Shown here piece after piece: positions 28,388 to 39,700 of a stretch of DNA of 64,000 nt. Source of the stretch: Candidatus Multivoradales bacterium. GTDB taxonomy: Bacteria; Acidobacteriota; Thermoanaerobaculia; Multivoradales; Multivoraceae. A program made the translations under genes and the position numbers. The notes beneath the pieces are model-generated. The model was not told the DNA's origin. It saw only the letters and a program-made list of their open reading frames with translations, and made no database searches. Numbering within the stretch: the first letter of the stretch is position 1; every line of letters begins with the position of its first letter. The stretch lies in NCBI GenBank assembly GCA_965223325.1, contig CBDCWI010000002.1, forward strand, positions 1,824,001 to 1,888,000. The letters are read 5' to 3'.

Positions 28388-29857
28388 ATGTATAGTCGCA
28401 TAGCTATGCCTCCTCGCCTTGGTGCACTCCCGATTGCAACCGCGCTGCTCCTAGCGAGCACACCAGGCAACGCGCATAACCCCGCCGCGCCAATCTTCCA
28501 GGACTCCTTCGACACCGGTGACCTGTGGGGCTGGACGGTCCAACGAGGTGGCTCGGAGAACATCGGCGCCTGCCCGGTCGAGTTGGAAGAGCGCGGGCAG
28601 CGCCACTTTGTCGACCCCGGAGCTGGCAGCGATACAACTGGCGACGGGACCGCCGCCAACCCGTGGCGGTCGCTCCAGTTCGTCGTCGACGAGCGGGTTG
28701 CCTGCGTTGACCAGAGCGGCGTCCCCCACCACGCCGACGCTCCGGTCGAAGGTGGCGACACGATTGTTCTTCTTGGCACCACAGGGCACTCGGTCGCACT
28801 CGAGATCTCAGGCTGCTACAACGCCGACTACGTCACCATCACCGGCGAGACGCTTCACGAGCCGGCGCTTTCATCGGTGCACTTTCGTGGTGGTGGTCAT
28901 TGGCGCCTCAGTGGGCTTCATATCGAGAACGACCGCGGGGGCAGCCTGGTGCGGCTCGACGACCACTCCACCCACGGGCCGGTCAGCCACATCGACTTGT
29001 GGAACAACCGCTTGACCTCTGGCGACCTCACAACGATGGACGACTATACCCACCGCGCCAGCGACGGCTTCCGCATCCTCAGCCAGGGGCCTAGCCGCCT
29101 TCGTTGCAACGAGCTCTCGAAAGTCGCCCAGGCGATGAGCATCGCTGGCTCGCACAAGGACGTCATCAAGAACACCGTCGAGTACTTCACCCGCGATGCC
29201 ATTGCAACGGGTGGGCACTACAACCGCTTCCTCGGCAACCAGGTCTACGACTCGATCAGCCTCGGCGACGGCCACCACGACGATTTTTTTCAGAGCCACA
29301 TGGGTGCCAATCCCGACGTCTCGTCACACATCACGATTGCCTACAACCGCTTCATCCAGCGCTACTCCAACCAGCAGCCGGCTCTAAGCTGGGCGCCCAC
29401 GCAATGTCTGAGTGCCTTCGAAGACGGCAACAAGACCGACATTCGGATCTACAACAACATCTGTAAGACCGACCACTTCCACGGCATCACCTGGAAGGAC
29501 ACCAACAACTCGCTATTCATCAACAACACCGTCGTCGGCGGCTCCGACTACCGCGGCCTACCCCCCGGGTCGGCCAGTTGGCCGAGCCGCAGCTGGATCT
29601 CGGTCTCGGGCTCGGGCAATGTCGTGCGCAACAACCTGGTGACACGCAACAGTACCGGCGGCGACCACAACATCGAGGTCGAGCCAACGGAGCTCGACCT
29701 CTACTTCAACAACTGGGACGACGAAGACCTCTCTCTGGCCACCGGCTCGCCCGCAATCGACGCGGGCGACGCCGCCGCGGCGCCCGAAACGGACATCGAC
29801 CACCGCCCGCGCCAGGGTTCGCCTGACGTGGGCGCCTACGAGTCCAACGGGGACTGA
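28388..29857 (+). CDS. Secreted right-handed beta-helix protein with choice-of-anchor Q-like C-terminus
   Basis: GDGTAANPWRSLQ, Asn-ladder repeats, HHDDFFQ, SPAIDAG...PDVGAYE. Confidence 0.8.
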   Translation: MYSRIAMPPRLGALPIATALLLASTPGNAHNPAAPIFQDSFDTGDLWGWTVQRGGSENIGACPVELEERGQRHFVDPGAGSDTTGDGTAANPWRSLQFVVDERVACVDQSGVPHHADAPVEGGDTIVLLGTTGHSVALEISGCYNADYVTITGETLHEPALSSVHFRGGGHWRLSGLHIENDRGGSLVRLDDHSTHGPVSHIDLWNNRLTSGDLTTMDDYTHRASDGFRILSQGPSRLRCNELSKVAQAMSIAGSHKDVIKNTVEYFTRDAIATGGHYNRFLGNQVYDSISLGDGHHDDFFQSHMGANPDVSSHITIAYNRFIQRYSNQQPALSWAPTQCLSAFEDGNKTDIRIYNNICKTDHFHGITWKDTNNSLFINNTVVGGSDYRGLPPGSASWPSRSWISVSGSGNVVRNNLVTRNSTGGDHNIEVEPTELDLYFNNWDDEDLSLATGSPAIDAGDAAAAPETDIDHRPRQGSPDVGAYESNGD

Positions 29858-30825
29858 CCGGCGGTCGCCTCGGTCGGCACCGACGCGTCGCCTCGGTAGC
29901 CGAGCTGCTGGCCGCCAAAGAAAACGAGCGCCGACCCGAAAACCACGTAGGGCACGGCGTGCAGAAAATCCACCAGGGCACCTGAGATGGTCATGTCCGT
30001 GCCGCTGATTCCGACCGAGTCGTTCGAGAGACCGTGGACGGCGATGGCCATGAGGGTGCTGCCTCCGACCTTGTTCCAGAAGTAGCTGATGATGATGGTC
30101 AAGAAAACAGAGACAACGAAGAACGACAGCTGCGACCGCAAGAGGGCGCCGATGCCATCGTAGGAGCCCGCCGCCTCGCGTGGCAGGTGCCAGACAGCCC
30201 AGAACAGGCCGAGTACCACCGCGGCCCGAAGAGGCGTTGCGAGGCTGTCCTGCAGAAGCGGCAGTGCGTAGCCGCGCCAACCGACTTCCTCGAGAAGGCC
30301 ACCCTGGTCGAGAAAGGCGGCACTCAGGTAGTACCAGAGAAAGGTCACCGACAGGACGTTGGTTCCCCAGCTCAGAACCGGGTTCAATCCGAAAGCCCGA
30401 TAGAGCCCGAACTCGAAGAGCTTCATGACGAGGAGGAACGCCGCCATCACCCCCCACCAGCGCACTCCCTCGCCCGCCGACACACCTTCACGCCACGGCC
30501 GCAAGCGGTCGACGAGCAGCGCGAGCCCGCGACGACCATGAGTCGCCGCCGCCATGATCACGCCGGCGATGGTGGGCGCAACAGCAAAGAGGGCCAGCAA
30601 CCAGAAGACCGGCTGAATGAGCGCCACCCGCACCACCGGCACCAGCGCCGACCCACGCCAGTGGACTCCCGCCTCCTCCATCGTGCTCTCGAGGAGCGGC
30701 CAGAAGTCACCGATCTCTTGCAGGCCGAAGAGTCCGGGAGCAAGAACGCCGGTAGCCACGATGGCGATCGGAATCGCCAGCGCGATCAGGTAGTAACAGA
30801 GGAAGGAGCGTAGCTTCGTGTTCAC
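29836..30825 (-). CDS. CPBP (CAAX/Abi) intramembrane glutamic endopeptidase
   Basis: EEVGWRG, WAVWHLP, HGLSN; many TMs. Confidence 0.88.
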   Translation of the reverse strand: MNTKLRSFLCYYLIALAIPIAIVATGVLAPGLFGLQEIGDFWPLLESTMEEAGVHWRGSALVPVVRVALIQPVFWLLALFAVAPTIAGVIMAAATHGRRGLALLVDRLRPWREGVSAGEGVRWWGVMAAFLLVMKLFEFGLYRAFGLNPVLSWGTNVLSVTFLWYYLSAAFLDQGGLLEEVGWRGYALPLLQDSLATPLRAAVVLGLFWAVWHLPREAAGSYDGIGALLRSQLSFFVVSVFLTIIISYFWNKVGGSTLMAIAVHGLSNDSVGISGTDMTISGALVDFLHAVPYVVFGSALVFFGGQQLGYRGDASVPTEATAGQSPLDS

Positions 30826-31068
30826 GGTTCAGGGGGCTCCTCGAGCCATGGTAGCGCTCCAGGCGAGGAGGCGGAGCGCACGGGCTACTGGTCGATCAAC
30901 CGCGGCGGTACCGAGGCCACAGGGTGGGGGTTCTCTTCCTTCGAATGCCGCCCTCCCACTGAGCGCCGCGCAGTCGAAGGCTTGGTCCCATGCCCGGAAG
31001 CGACCACCGCCAGGCTTCCTGCAGACACTCACTTCAACCAGGGCGCGGCTTACGACGTAGACTAGGGC

Positions 31069-32538
31069 ATGGGCAGACTTTCGTCCGCGCCGACACCTCT
31101 AGCGTTCGAACCGCGCTCCGGCGAGCTCTTCGTCGATGGACGCGCGCGGCGGCTGACGCACAAGGCGACCACTGTGTTTGCCCTCCTACTGGAGCATTCA
31201 GGCGAAGTGGTAACCAGAGGCGAATTGCTCGAGAGAGCCTGGGATGGCCAAGCGATCTCAGACGACGCCATGACCACGGTGATCTACGAGCTTCGCAAGG
31301 CGCTCGGCGACAACGCCCGCAGGCCACGCTACATCGAGACGATTCGAAAGACTGGCTACCGCTATATCGGCCCGGCGCCTCGAAGCGCTCCTCTGCCGGA
31401 AGAACTCGATGGCGCCCTCCCGTCACCTGACGCCTTGGCCAAGCGGAAACGCCCCATCCTGGTCGCCGCCCTTCTACTCTCGATCCTCTCAGCGTTCGTT
31501 CTCGTCTCTGGGCCCGAGAGCAGAGCAGCGCTGAGCTCGAAGCCGGCACTAGAACTGTCGAGAGCGGGCGACGAGGGTCCTCCGCGGGAGGTGTGCGACC
31601 TCTTGCTGCGCAGTGAGATTTTGTCGCGCCGCCAAACCACAGGAGCGGTGCAGCAAGCCATTGACCACCTCGAACAGGCGATCGCGCGCGCTCCGGACTA
31701 CGGAGTTCTCCATCTCGCACTGAGCGACCTCTACGCGCGACATGGGGCAGGCTTGCTCGGGCTCGATCTCGACGAGGTCCAGAGCGTCACGGAGCGCTTG
31801 ACCCGAACAGCCGAAGCGAATGGCACCGATGAAGCAGCGCTGCTTCGCGCGCGGGCGACGCTCAGCTTCCTGCGGGACCACGACTGGGAACGAGCCGAAA
31901 GAGCCTATCTGCAATCACGCGACAAGAGTTCGTGTTCCACGCCAGCGATCGATCTCGGCTACCTCCAGTTGCTCAATGCGCTCGGCCGCCTGGACGAATC
32001 CAGAGCGCTCTTGCAGGACATCATCGACCAGACTCCCGGCAACAGCACGGTCCGTTTTGAGCTCGCGCGCGCTCACTTCTTCGCCCACGACTTCACGCAA
32101 GCCCTGGCTGAGCTCGAGTGGGTCAACGTTCTCGATCCCCATCACGCCCCAGCTCACTTCCTCTCAGGTCTCCTGCACACCCAACGAAACGAGCCAGAGC
32201 GCGCGCTGCTGTCCTTCGAGCGCGAGGCCCGCGCACAGGCTGCAACGCCTGCCGCTCTGTCCTCGCTACGGGAAAGCTACGCCAGCCGCGGGCTCGAAGG
32301 CCTGTTGGAATGGCGGCTACGCGAAGAAGCGACTCGCAATCGCGACCCGATCGAGCAGGCGCGCCTCCTCACCCTTCTCGGTGACCAGAGGCGCGCAACC
32401 GCCCAGCTGCGCCGCGCAGTCAAAGAGAGCCGCCCCTCTCTGGTCTGGATCTTCGCAGATCCGACCTTCGAACCCCTGCGACGCACCCCCGAGTTCCGCG
32501 AGCTGACGGCCAGCCTGTCCTTCGCTGCCGGCGGGTAA
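31069..32538 (+). CDS. CadC/ToxR-like winged-helix, TM, TPR one-component regulator
   Basis: GEVVTRGELL...IYELRKALGD...YIETIRKTGYR, TM, TPR helices, DPTFEPLR. Confidence 0.85.
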   Translation: MGRLSSAPTPLAFEPRSGELFVDGRARRLTHKATTVFALLLEHSGEVVTRGELLERAWDGQAISDDAMTTVIYELRKALGDNARRPRYIETIRKTGYRYIGPAPRSAPLPEELDGALPSPDALAKRKRPILVAALLLSILSAFVLVSGPESRAALSSKPALELSRAGDEGPPREVCDLLLRSEILSRRQTTGAVQQAIDHLEQAIARAPDYGVLHLALSDLYARHGAGLLGLDLDEVQSVTERLTRTAEANGTDEAALLRARATLSFLRDHDWERAERAYLQSRDKSSCSTPAIDLGYLQLLNALGRLDESRALLQDIIDQTPGNSTVRFELARAHFFAHDFTQALAELEWVNVLDPHHAPAHFLSGLLHTQRNEPERALLSFEREARAQAATPAALSSLRESYASRGLEGLLEWRLREEATRNRDPIEQARLLTLLGDQRRATAQLRRAVKESRPSLVWIFADPTFEPLRRTPEFRELTASLSFAAGG

Positions 32539-32685
32539 TCCGCCCAGCCTGGGAGCCCCTCGGTTCCGGACCCACCGCAGGGAGAACTCAGGAAGATCAC
32601 AGTTGAATCTCATGCTCGAGAGGTTGCGAGCGGTCACGCTGCACCCGTCGCCGAATCTTTCCGAACACCTGAAATCGAGCAACCC

Positions 32686-33786
32686 GTGTCGATCAACCTC
32701 GCGAACGTCTTCCCCATCGCCCCCCTTCTGGCTCCCGCGCTCCTGGCGCTGGTGCCAGCCGGCCCCGCTCTGGCTCAGGCGCCAAGCCAGGTCGAACCGG
32801 TTCGCTCCTGGACCTTCGATACCGAGGGCTGACTCTTCACCACTCCCACGGTCGTGGGGGACGCGGTGTTCGTCGGCTCATGCTCAGGTGTCGCCTACTC
32901 GCTCGATCGCTCATCCGGCGAAGTCACCTGGAGCTACGACACCAGGCAAGACGCCGGCCCCGCACAATTCCACGGCGACCCGGTAGTCATCGGAGGTCAA
33001 ATCGTCACCGGTAGCGACACCGCCGAACCGAGCTTCAGCTATTCCTTCGACAAGAAGACGGGCGAGCTCAACTGGAAGGTCGAGGGACACGTCATCGAAA
33101 CCGATGTGCTTTCGGTCGGCGGAGTGCTCTCCGGAAGGACCAGGACCGGCGCGCTGATAGGTATCGAACCCGCGACCGGCACCAAACTGTGGGCGGTGGA
33201 GGCCGAGGGTCGCACCTGTGGCGAACGCTCCTACTCGCCAGCGGCGAGGGGCAGAACGGTCTACAGCCCGCAGACCGATGGCACTCTGGTCGCAGTGGAT
33301 GCGACCTCTGGAGCGGTCCGTTGGAAGAGCACGGTGGGTTGTGCGAGCACGGCGGTGGCAATGGATGGGAACGCCCTGTTTCTCGGGGTCTCACCCGATC
33401 GCCTGATTCGCCTGGACCCCAACACCGGCGGGATACTCAGCGAACGAGAACTCAACGGCCGTGTCCGAGACCGCCTGACCCTGCTCCACGATCAGTTGGT
33501 GGCCCTGGTCGATGGTCACCGCGTCGTCGCCTTTGATCGTGATCTGAAGCAGACGCTGTGGACCCTGGAACACGGATCCGAGATCACCTCACCTCGACCG
33601 CTCCTGTGGCGCGAGACCATCCTGATCGGCGACAGGTCCGGCCAGCTCCTCGCCATTGCTCCCGAACGCGGAGACGTTGTGTGGAGTCTCGAGGTCGACG
33701 GCATCATTCGGGGGCTCGGGTCCGGTGGTAGCAATCTCTATGTTGGAACTCTGGAAGGCGTTCTCCACGCCCTGCGACTCGACTGA
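32686..33786 (+). CDS. Secreted PQQ-binding-like beta-propeller protein with in-frame UGA at codon 49 (candidate selenoprotein, or a nonsense allele)
   Basis: GTG 32686, signal peptide ...GPALA-Q, WTFDTEG-TGA-LFTTPTV in frame with ORF 32854-33786; repeated A-x-D-x-x-TG-x-x-x-W blades. Confidence 0.75.
32838..32868 (+). promoter_or_regulatory. Candidate bacterial SECIS hairpin
   Basis: CTCCCAC-GGTC-GTGGGGG upper stem-loop plus CACC/GGTG lower stem; loop begins after a 17-nt spacer from the UGA. Confidence 0.5.
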
Positions 33787-33956
33787 GCTGAGGCCCCGGC
33801 GCTTGTACATCTTCTGATGCGAGAGCGCGGCCGCGCCTGCCGGGACCTTCTCTTTGGTGGGCCGGGCCCTCGGCCCGTCGGGTTGCGCTGTCGCCCCGGG
33901 GCTCCGAGCTGCCGGTTGCCAGCGTCTGAGCCCGGTAGCAATAAACTAGCGGGCAC

Positions 33957-36782
33957 ATGACCAGCGCACAGGACCCCGGACCACGCCTCGAGAGAGGCCA
34001 GCGCGTCGGCCGTTACGAGGTGAGCAGCCTGTTGGGTGTCGGCGGGATGGGCGAGGTGTACCGAGCCCTGGACCTCGAAGTCAATCGCGAGGTGGCCCTC
34101 AAGGTGCTTCCCGCCCATCTCCACCTCGACGCCGAACGCCAGGCGCGTTTCGAGCGCGAGGCACGCCTCCTGGGCGCCCTGCGGCATCCGGGAATCGCCC
34201 GACTCTACGAAGTCGGCGAGCACCATGGCCTGCGTTTTCTGGCGATGGAGCTGGTCGAAGGCGAGTCGTTTGCCGACACCTTGAGGTCTCGGGGGCTCGA
34301 AGACAAGGAGCTTGTCCTCGACCTGTTTGCGCAACTGGCCGCAGCTCTCGAAACGGCCCACAAGAGTGGAATCATCCACCGCGATGTCAAGCCGTCGAAT
34401 CTGCGGCTCACGAAGGAGGACAACCGCCTCAAACTGCTCGACTTCGGCCTCGCCAAAGCCAGCGGCAGCCTCACCAGTGACGCGGTGCTCTCGGACTCGC
34501 CGACCCGCACCCAGCGTGACGCGGAGACTGCCACCGGAATGCTGGTCGGCACCGCTCCCTACATGAGCCCCGAGCAGGCACGCGGTCAGGAAGTCGACCA
34601 TCGCAGCGATATCTGGGCGTTTGGCTGCGTGCTCTTCGAAGCGCTTTCGGGGCGTCGACCCTTCGAGGGGCCGTCGCCATCGGACATTCTGGTGCGCATT
34701 CTGGGGCACGAGCCCGATTGGTCACTCTTGCCAGCCGACACCGAACCTTCCCTCCTCCGCCTGCTGCACAGTTGCCTGCGCAAGGAGAAGAAACTCCGCC
34801 TCCAGCACATGGGCGACGCGCGGGTGATCCTCGAAGATCTCGCCAGCGGCGAAAGCTCACCGGCACTCGAGGCGCTCGACCAGGCTTTCCTCAGCTCACA
34901 AAGTGCGCTCTCACCGGCGTCCACCTCGGGGCAGCGCAAACGCCGGCTGGCGGTGCTCGCTGCTACAGCGGTTCTCGCTGGATTACTCGGCGCTGGGACG
35001 TCTCTGGCGACCCGGCCTGATGCAGGAGACTCTGACCGCCGGGTCATCCGCTTCACCCTGCAGGAAGATTCCGCGACGGTCGGTTATCCCGTCGCCATCT
35101 CACCCGGCGGGCAGCGCATCGCCTACGACGGGAAGGGCGGCATCCACGTTCGCGATCTCGCCGGTGCCACTCTGTTGGTTGCCGACGGATCTCACCCAGT
35201 GTTCACGCCAGACGGTGGCTCGCTGTCCTATTCGACCTACGATCCGGGGTCGATCTGGAAGCACTCCCTCTCCGGCGGTACACCCGTCGACGTCGCAGCG
35301 CATGGCAACGCCAAGGGACACACCTGGGCAGGAGATGGCACGCTCGTTTTTGCCCCCTTCACTGAAGGTGGTCTCAGCCTGCTTCGACCGGGCGGTGAAG
35401 TGAGCGCCCTGACAGTTCCTGGACCGAGCGAGCACAGCCACCGATGGCCACGCTTCCTGCCCGGTGACGACGCTGTGCTCTTTACCGTATTGGACCTCGA
35501 AACCCAGGTTTGGCGGGTTGAGGTCGTTGAGGTCGCGAACGGAAAGCGCCGGGTGCTGGTCGACAACGCGTTGGCACCGCACTTTGTCGAAGTACCAGAC
35601 GATGTCGAAGTGCCAGGCCTCTCGGAGGGGCTCCTCTTGTTCGCCCAGGGGGAGACGATTCTCGCGGCACCCTTCGACCTCGATGCACTCGAAGTGATTG
35701 GAGAATCGGTACCTGTGCTGACTGGGGTTCCCAACCAGGGCGGCTACTCTGCATTTGACGTGGCGAAGAACGGAACTCTCGTCTACCGGACAGAGAACGT
35801 GCCAAGCAGCGATCGAGCCGGAAGAACGATGGCCTGGATCGACCGCACGGGAGCGGTCACACCCATCCCCACCCGCTGGAAAGACTTCAGCACGGTGGCT
35901 CTTTCTCCCGACGGGCGCAAGATCCTGATGCAGACCGGAAACGAAGTGCACAGCACCTGGCTCCACGATCTTGACAGTGGCACGACCACCTGGGCGACAC
36001 CAGGCTACGGTGGCTCGACCCCTGCGTGGGCACCTGACTCCGAGCACTTCGTCTTCAGCACCGGTGCACACCCCACGCCGAATCGCCGGACCGGTGCACG
36101 TGCCCTGTTCCTGGCGCCGATCGATCGCAGTCGTGAGCCGGAACAACTCACCATCACCGACTACGAGCACTTCCCCTCGTCGTTCTCACCTGACGGTCGC
36201 TTTCTCGCCTTCAGCGAGATCCGGACTCGTGACGCGCTCGACGTCTGGATGCTGCCGATGGACGAGGCAGACCGTCGGTCGCGACCGTTCCTCACGGGCC
36301 GAGCTGCGGAAGCTTCGGCGATGTTTTCGCCCGACGGCCGCTGGGTGGCGTACCTGTCGACCGAATCTGGTGAGCCTGCCATCTTCGTGACTCGTTTCGA
36401 CCCCGAGCAGGTCGTGGCCACCGACCCCGACGGAAGCGCACCGCCGCGTGAGCGCCACCGCATTTCAGCGGGGCAGGGGATGGCACCGCAGTGGTCGCCC
36501 GACGGTGAGTATCTCTACTACCGCGAAGGTCGGAACCCCCGCATTCTGCGCGTCAAGGTCCAGACCGAGCCCGCCTTCGAGGCCGGTCTCCCCGAAGTTG
36601 CAGTCGAGAACGAAAGACTCCTCGGCCCAATCTTCGAGCTGCCGAAGTGGACGCCCCATCCTGACGGTGAGCGATTCCTGGTTCGGCTCGGCGGCGGTGA
36701 CGACTGGGGCACGCGCTTGCATGTGGTCACCAACTGGTTCCGAGAACTCGAACAAACGCTTGCCGAATCCCACCAGCGGTGA
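33957..36782 (+). CDS. Hanks-type Ser/Thr kinase with TM and TolB/PD40 beta-propeller (kinase 1)
   Basis: GVGGMG, VALK, HRDVKPSN, DFG, YMSPE; SPDG repeats; VVTNWFREL. Confidence 0.93.
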   Translation: MTSAQDPGPRLERGQRVGRYEVSSLLGVGGMGEVYRALDLEVNREVALKVLPAHLHLDAERQARFEREARLLGALRHPGIARLYEVGEHHGLRFLAMELVEGESFADTLRSRGLEDKELVLDLFAQLAAALETAHKSGIIHRDVKPSNLRLTKEDNRLKLLDFGLAKASGSLTSDAVLSDSPTRTQRDAETATGMLVGTAPYMSPEQARGQEVDHRSDIWAFGCVLFEALSGRRPFEGPSPSDILVRILGHEPDWSLLPADTEPSLLRLLHSCLRKEKKLRLQHMGDARVILEDLASGESSPALEALDQAFLSSQSALSPASTSGQRKRRLAVLAATAVLAGLLGAGTSLATRPDAGDSDRRVIRFTLQEDSATVGYPVAISPGGQRIAYDGKGGIHVRDLAGATLLVADGSHPVFTPDGGSLSYSTYDPGSIWKHSLSGGTPVDVAAHGNAKGHTWAGDGTLVFAPFTEGGLSLLRPGGEVSALTVPGPSEHSHRWPRFLPGDDAVLFTVLDLETQVWRVEVVEVANGKRRVLVDNALAPHFVEVPDDVEVPGLSEGLLLFAQGETILAAPFDLDALEVIGESVPVLTGVPNQGGYSAFDVAKNGTLVYRTENVPSSDRAGRTMAWIDRTGAVTPIPTRWKDFSTVALSPDGRKILMQTGNEVHSTWLHDLDSGTTTWATPGYGGSTPAWAPDSEHFVFSTGAHPTPNRRTGARALFLAPIDRSREPEQLTITDYEHFPSSFSPDGRFLAFSEIRTRDALDVWMLPMDEADRRSRPFLTGRAAEASAMFSPDGRWVAYLSTESGEPAIFVTRFDPEQVVATDPDGSAPPRERHRISAGQGMAPQWSPDGEYLYYREGRNPRILRVKVQTEPAFEAGLPEVAVENERLLGPIFELPKWTPHPDGERFLVRLGGGDDWGTRLHVVTNWFRELEQTLAESHQR

Positions 36783-39700
36783 GCCAATCCAGCGACCCTT
36801 TCGAACGCTTCGAGGAGGCCGATGCGCTGCTCGTGACGCTCCTCGAACTCCCCTCGAAAGAACGGCTCGCGCACCTCCAGGAAGCGTGCCAGGGCGACCA
36901 GGAACTCGAAACCATGGTGCGGGGAATGCTCGCCGACGTGCCAGTCGTACCCACCGCCCCGGACGATGAGGCTTCGTCGGACAGTCTCCCGCTGAGCTCT
37001 TCTTCGCCAGCAGTTCCCCCACGCGACACCCTGCTCGAAATCGGTGCCCATGCCGGGCGTGTGATCGAACGCCTGGTCTGGGACGGCGAGAATGAACAAA
37101 CGAGCGCCGGCTCTCTGCCTGGCACCAGGCTCGGTGTCTACGAGATCGCCGAACGCGTTGGCGTTGGCGGCATGGGCGAGGTCTATCGCGCCCGCGATAC
37201 CCGGCTCGACCGCGACGTCGCGGTCAAAGTCCTACCCGACGGTTGGAAGAGCCACCCTGAGCGGGCGGCGCGTTTCGAGCGCGAAGCACGCCACCTGGCA
37301 ACCCTCAACCACCCCAACATCGCCGGCATTCACCACTTCGGCACCGAGAGCGGTAGCGCCTTTCTGGTCATGGAGCTGGTGTCTGGCGAGACCCTCTCCG
37401 AGGTCATCGCGCGCGGCCCGGTTCCGGCCGAGCGCGCCCTTCGGATCATGCGCCAGGTCGCAGAAGCACTCGAGGCGGCGCACTCCCAGGGCATCGTCCA
37501 TCGCGACCTGAAGCCCGCCAACGTCAAGATCACCCGCGACGACGAGATCAAGGTGCTCGACTTCGGGCTCGCCAAAGCGATGGAGCCGAGCGTCGCCGGT
37601 CTCGAAAGCCTGGCGCCTCGCGAGGGTGAAACCGAAAGCGGGCGCCGTGTGTACCCAACCGCCTCGGGGGTCATGCTCGGAACCCTGCCGTATATGAGTC
37701 CCGAGCAGGCGCGCGGCCAGGAGGTCGACCACCGTACCGACATCTGGGCCTTCGGTTGCCTGCTCTACGAGTTGCTCACCGGTCAACGCGCCTACTCAGG
37801 CCCCACTTCGTCCGATGTGTTGGCGCGCATCCTCGAACATCAACCCGACTGGTCACTCCTCGATGACGGCCTCGACCCGCGCGTGCGGAGGCTTCTCCGG
37901 CGCACTCTGCGCCATGACAAGCACTACCGGCTCCAGCACATCGGCGACGCGCGGGTGGCGATCGATGAAATCCTCGGCGGAGCTTTCGAGGAGCCGTTTC
38001 CTTCCGAGGCCCCCACGGCGCGAGCGGGCGGTGCACTTTCGAACCCGATGGCGCGCTGGGTCGCCGCCGCAGCTCTACTTCTCGCGGCATGTGGCACGAC
38101 CTGGTGGTTGAGCCGGACCCTGGCGACCGAGACCGCCGATCTCAGAAAGCCCACTCGATTCAAGATCGAATCACCGGTCCTCGCCGCGGACTCCTGGAGT
38201 GAGATCGCCGTCGCGCCAGACGGGCGAAGCGTGATCTTCCGTGCCACAGGGGCAGCCGACGAGGCGGCGGCTCCCTTGTCGATCTATCGCCTGGGTGAGG
38301 GTGCGACCGGCCCGGTCGCCGGCAGCGAGGGGGGCACGCAGCCCTTCTTCTCTCCCGATAGCGGGGCGATCGGCTTTTTCCACTCCGCCACCCATACGGT
38401 GCGCACCGTGTCGCTCGGCGGCGGCGCGCCGCGCGAAGTCGCCTTCGCTACGGACTTCCAGGGTGGGACGTGGACCGAGGACGACACGATCGTGTTTTCG
38501 CCCCACCGCAGCGATGGGTTGTTCGAGGTCAAAAGTAGCGGCGGCGAGGTCGCACGCCTGACGACGGTCGACCCCGGGCACCAGGAGCTCAGCCATCGCC
38601 ACCCGTGGGCACTTCCGGGAGGCCAAGCAGTTCTGTTCACCATCGCAACGCTCGACCTCGAGACCTGGGATCGGGCCCGCGTGGATGCCGTCGAGCTGTC
38701 CACTGGCGAACGCCGCTCGGTTCTGCCAACCGGCACGTCACCGCAGTTCGCGTCCTCGGGCCACCTCTTGTTTCAGCAGACCGAATCGCTGATGGCGGTG
38801 CCGCTCGACCTCGAGAGCCTGACCGCGGTCGGCGAGCCCGCTCGGGTCGTTCCGGACATTGCCGAATGGCGAGGTAAGGCAAGCTACGCAGTGTCGGCCA
38901 CCGGGACGCTCGTCTATGTCGCGGGCGCCGCACCCCCACCTCCCGCCGCACTCCACTGGGTCGACGCGGAAGGCAACAAGCAACCCTTCGCCTTCGAACC
39001 GTGGTGGATCGAGAGTCTCCGCATCTCGAGGGATCGGCGGCTGGTGCTCTCCCGGCTCGATCCGACGCCCGACATCTGGTTGCACGACACCGTGCGCAAA
39101 ACGACACCGGTCTTGACTCGTCGTGGCCACAACAGAACGCCGATCTGGACGCCAGGAGGGGACATCCTGCTCTACAGCTCTTCGACCGGCGGCGCGGCCC
39201 AGATCACCCGCCGCCCGGCCGATATGAGTCGCAACCCCGAGATCCTCACCGAAGGGGAGTGGGACAGCTGGCCGGGATCGGCCTCGGCCGACGGCCGCAC
39301 CCTTGCCTTCGTTCGGCTCCATCCCGAGACCGGCTACGACATCTGGTTCCTCGAGCTCGCCGGGTCCAGCGGCGACCGACCTGCCCCGCGCCCGTTCCTC
39401 ACCAACCCAGGCCTCGATGCCCAACCGGAGTTCTCTCCTGACGGCCGGTACCTGGCCTACACCTCCGCCGTGAGCGGACGATCCGAGGTGTACGTCGCGG
39501 CGGCGGCCGGGCGCGAGCCAGGGGTCAAAGTATCGAATGGCGGCGGGAGCGCCCCGGCATGGCATGGCGACGCCCTCTACTTCCGCCGCGGCCAGCGGAT
39601 GATGATGACTCTCCCTACAGGCGACGACAGTGGCCGTTTCGATCGCCCAAGCGAGCTCTTCGAGGAGGCGCTCTGGGAGTCCGACCCACCCGCCACCCGC

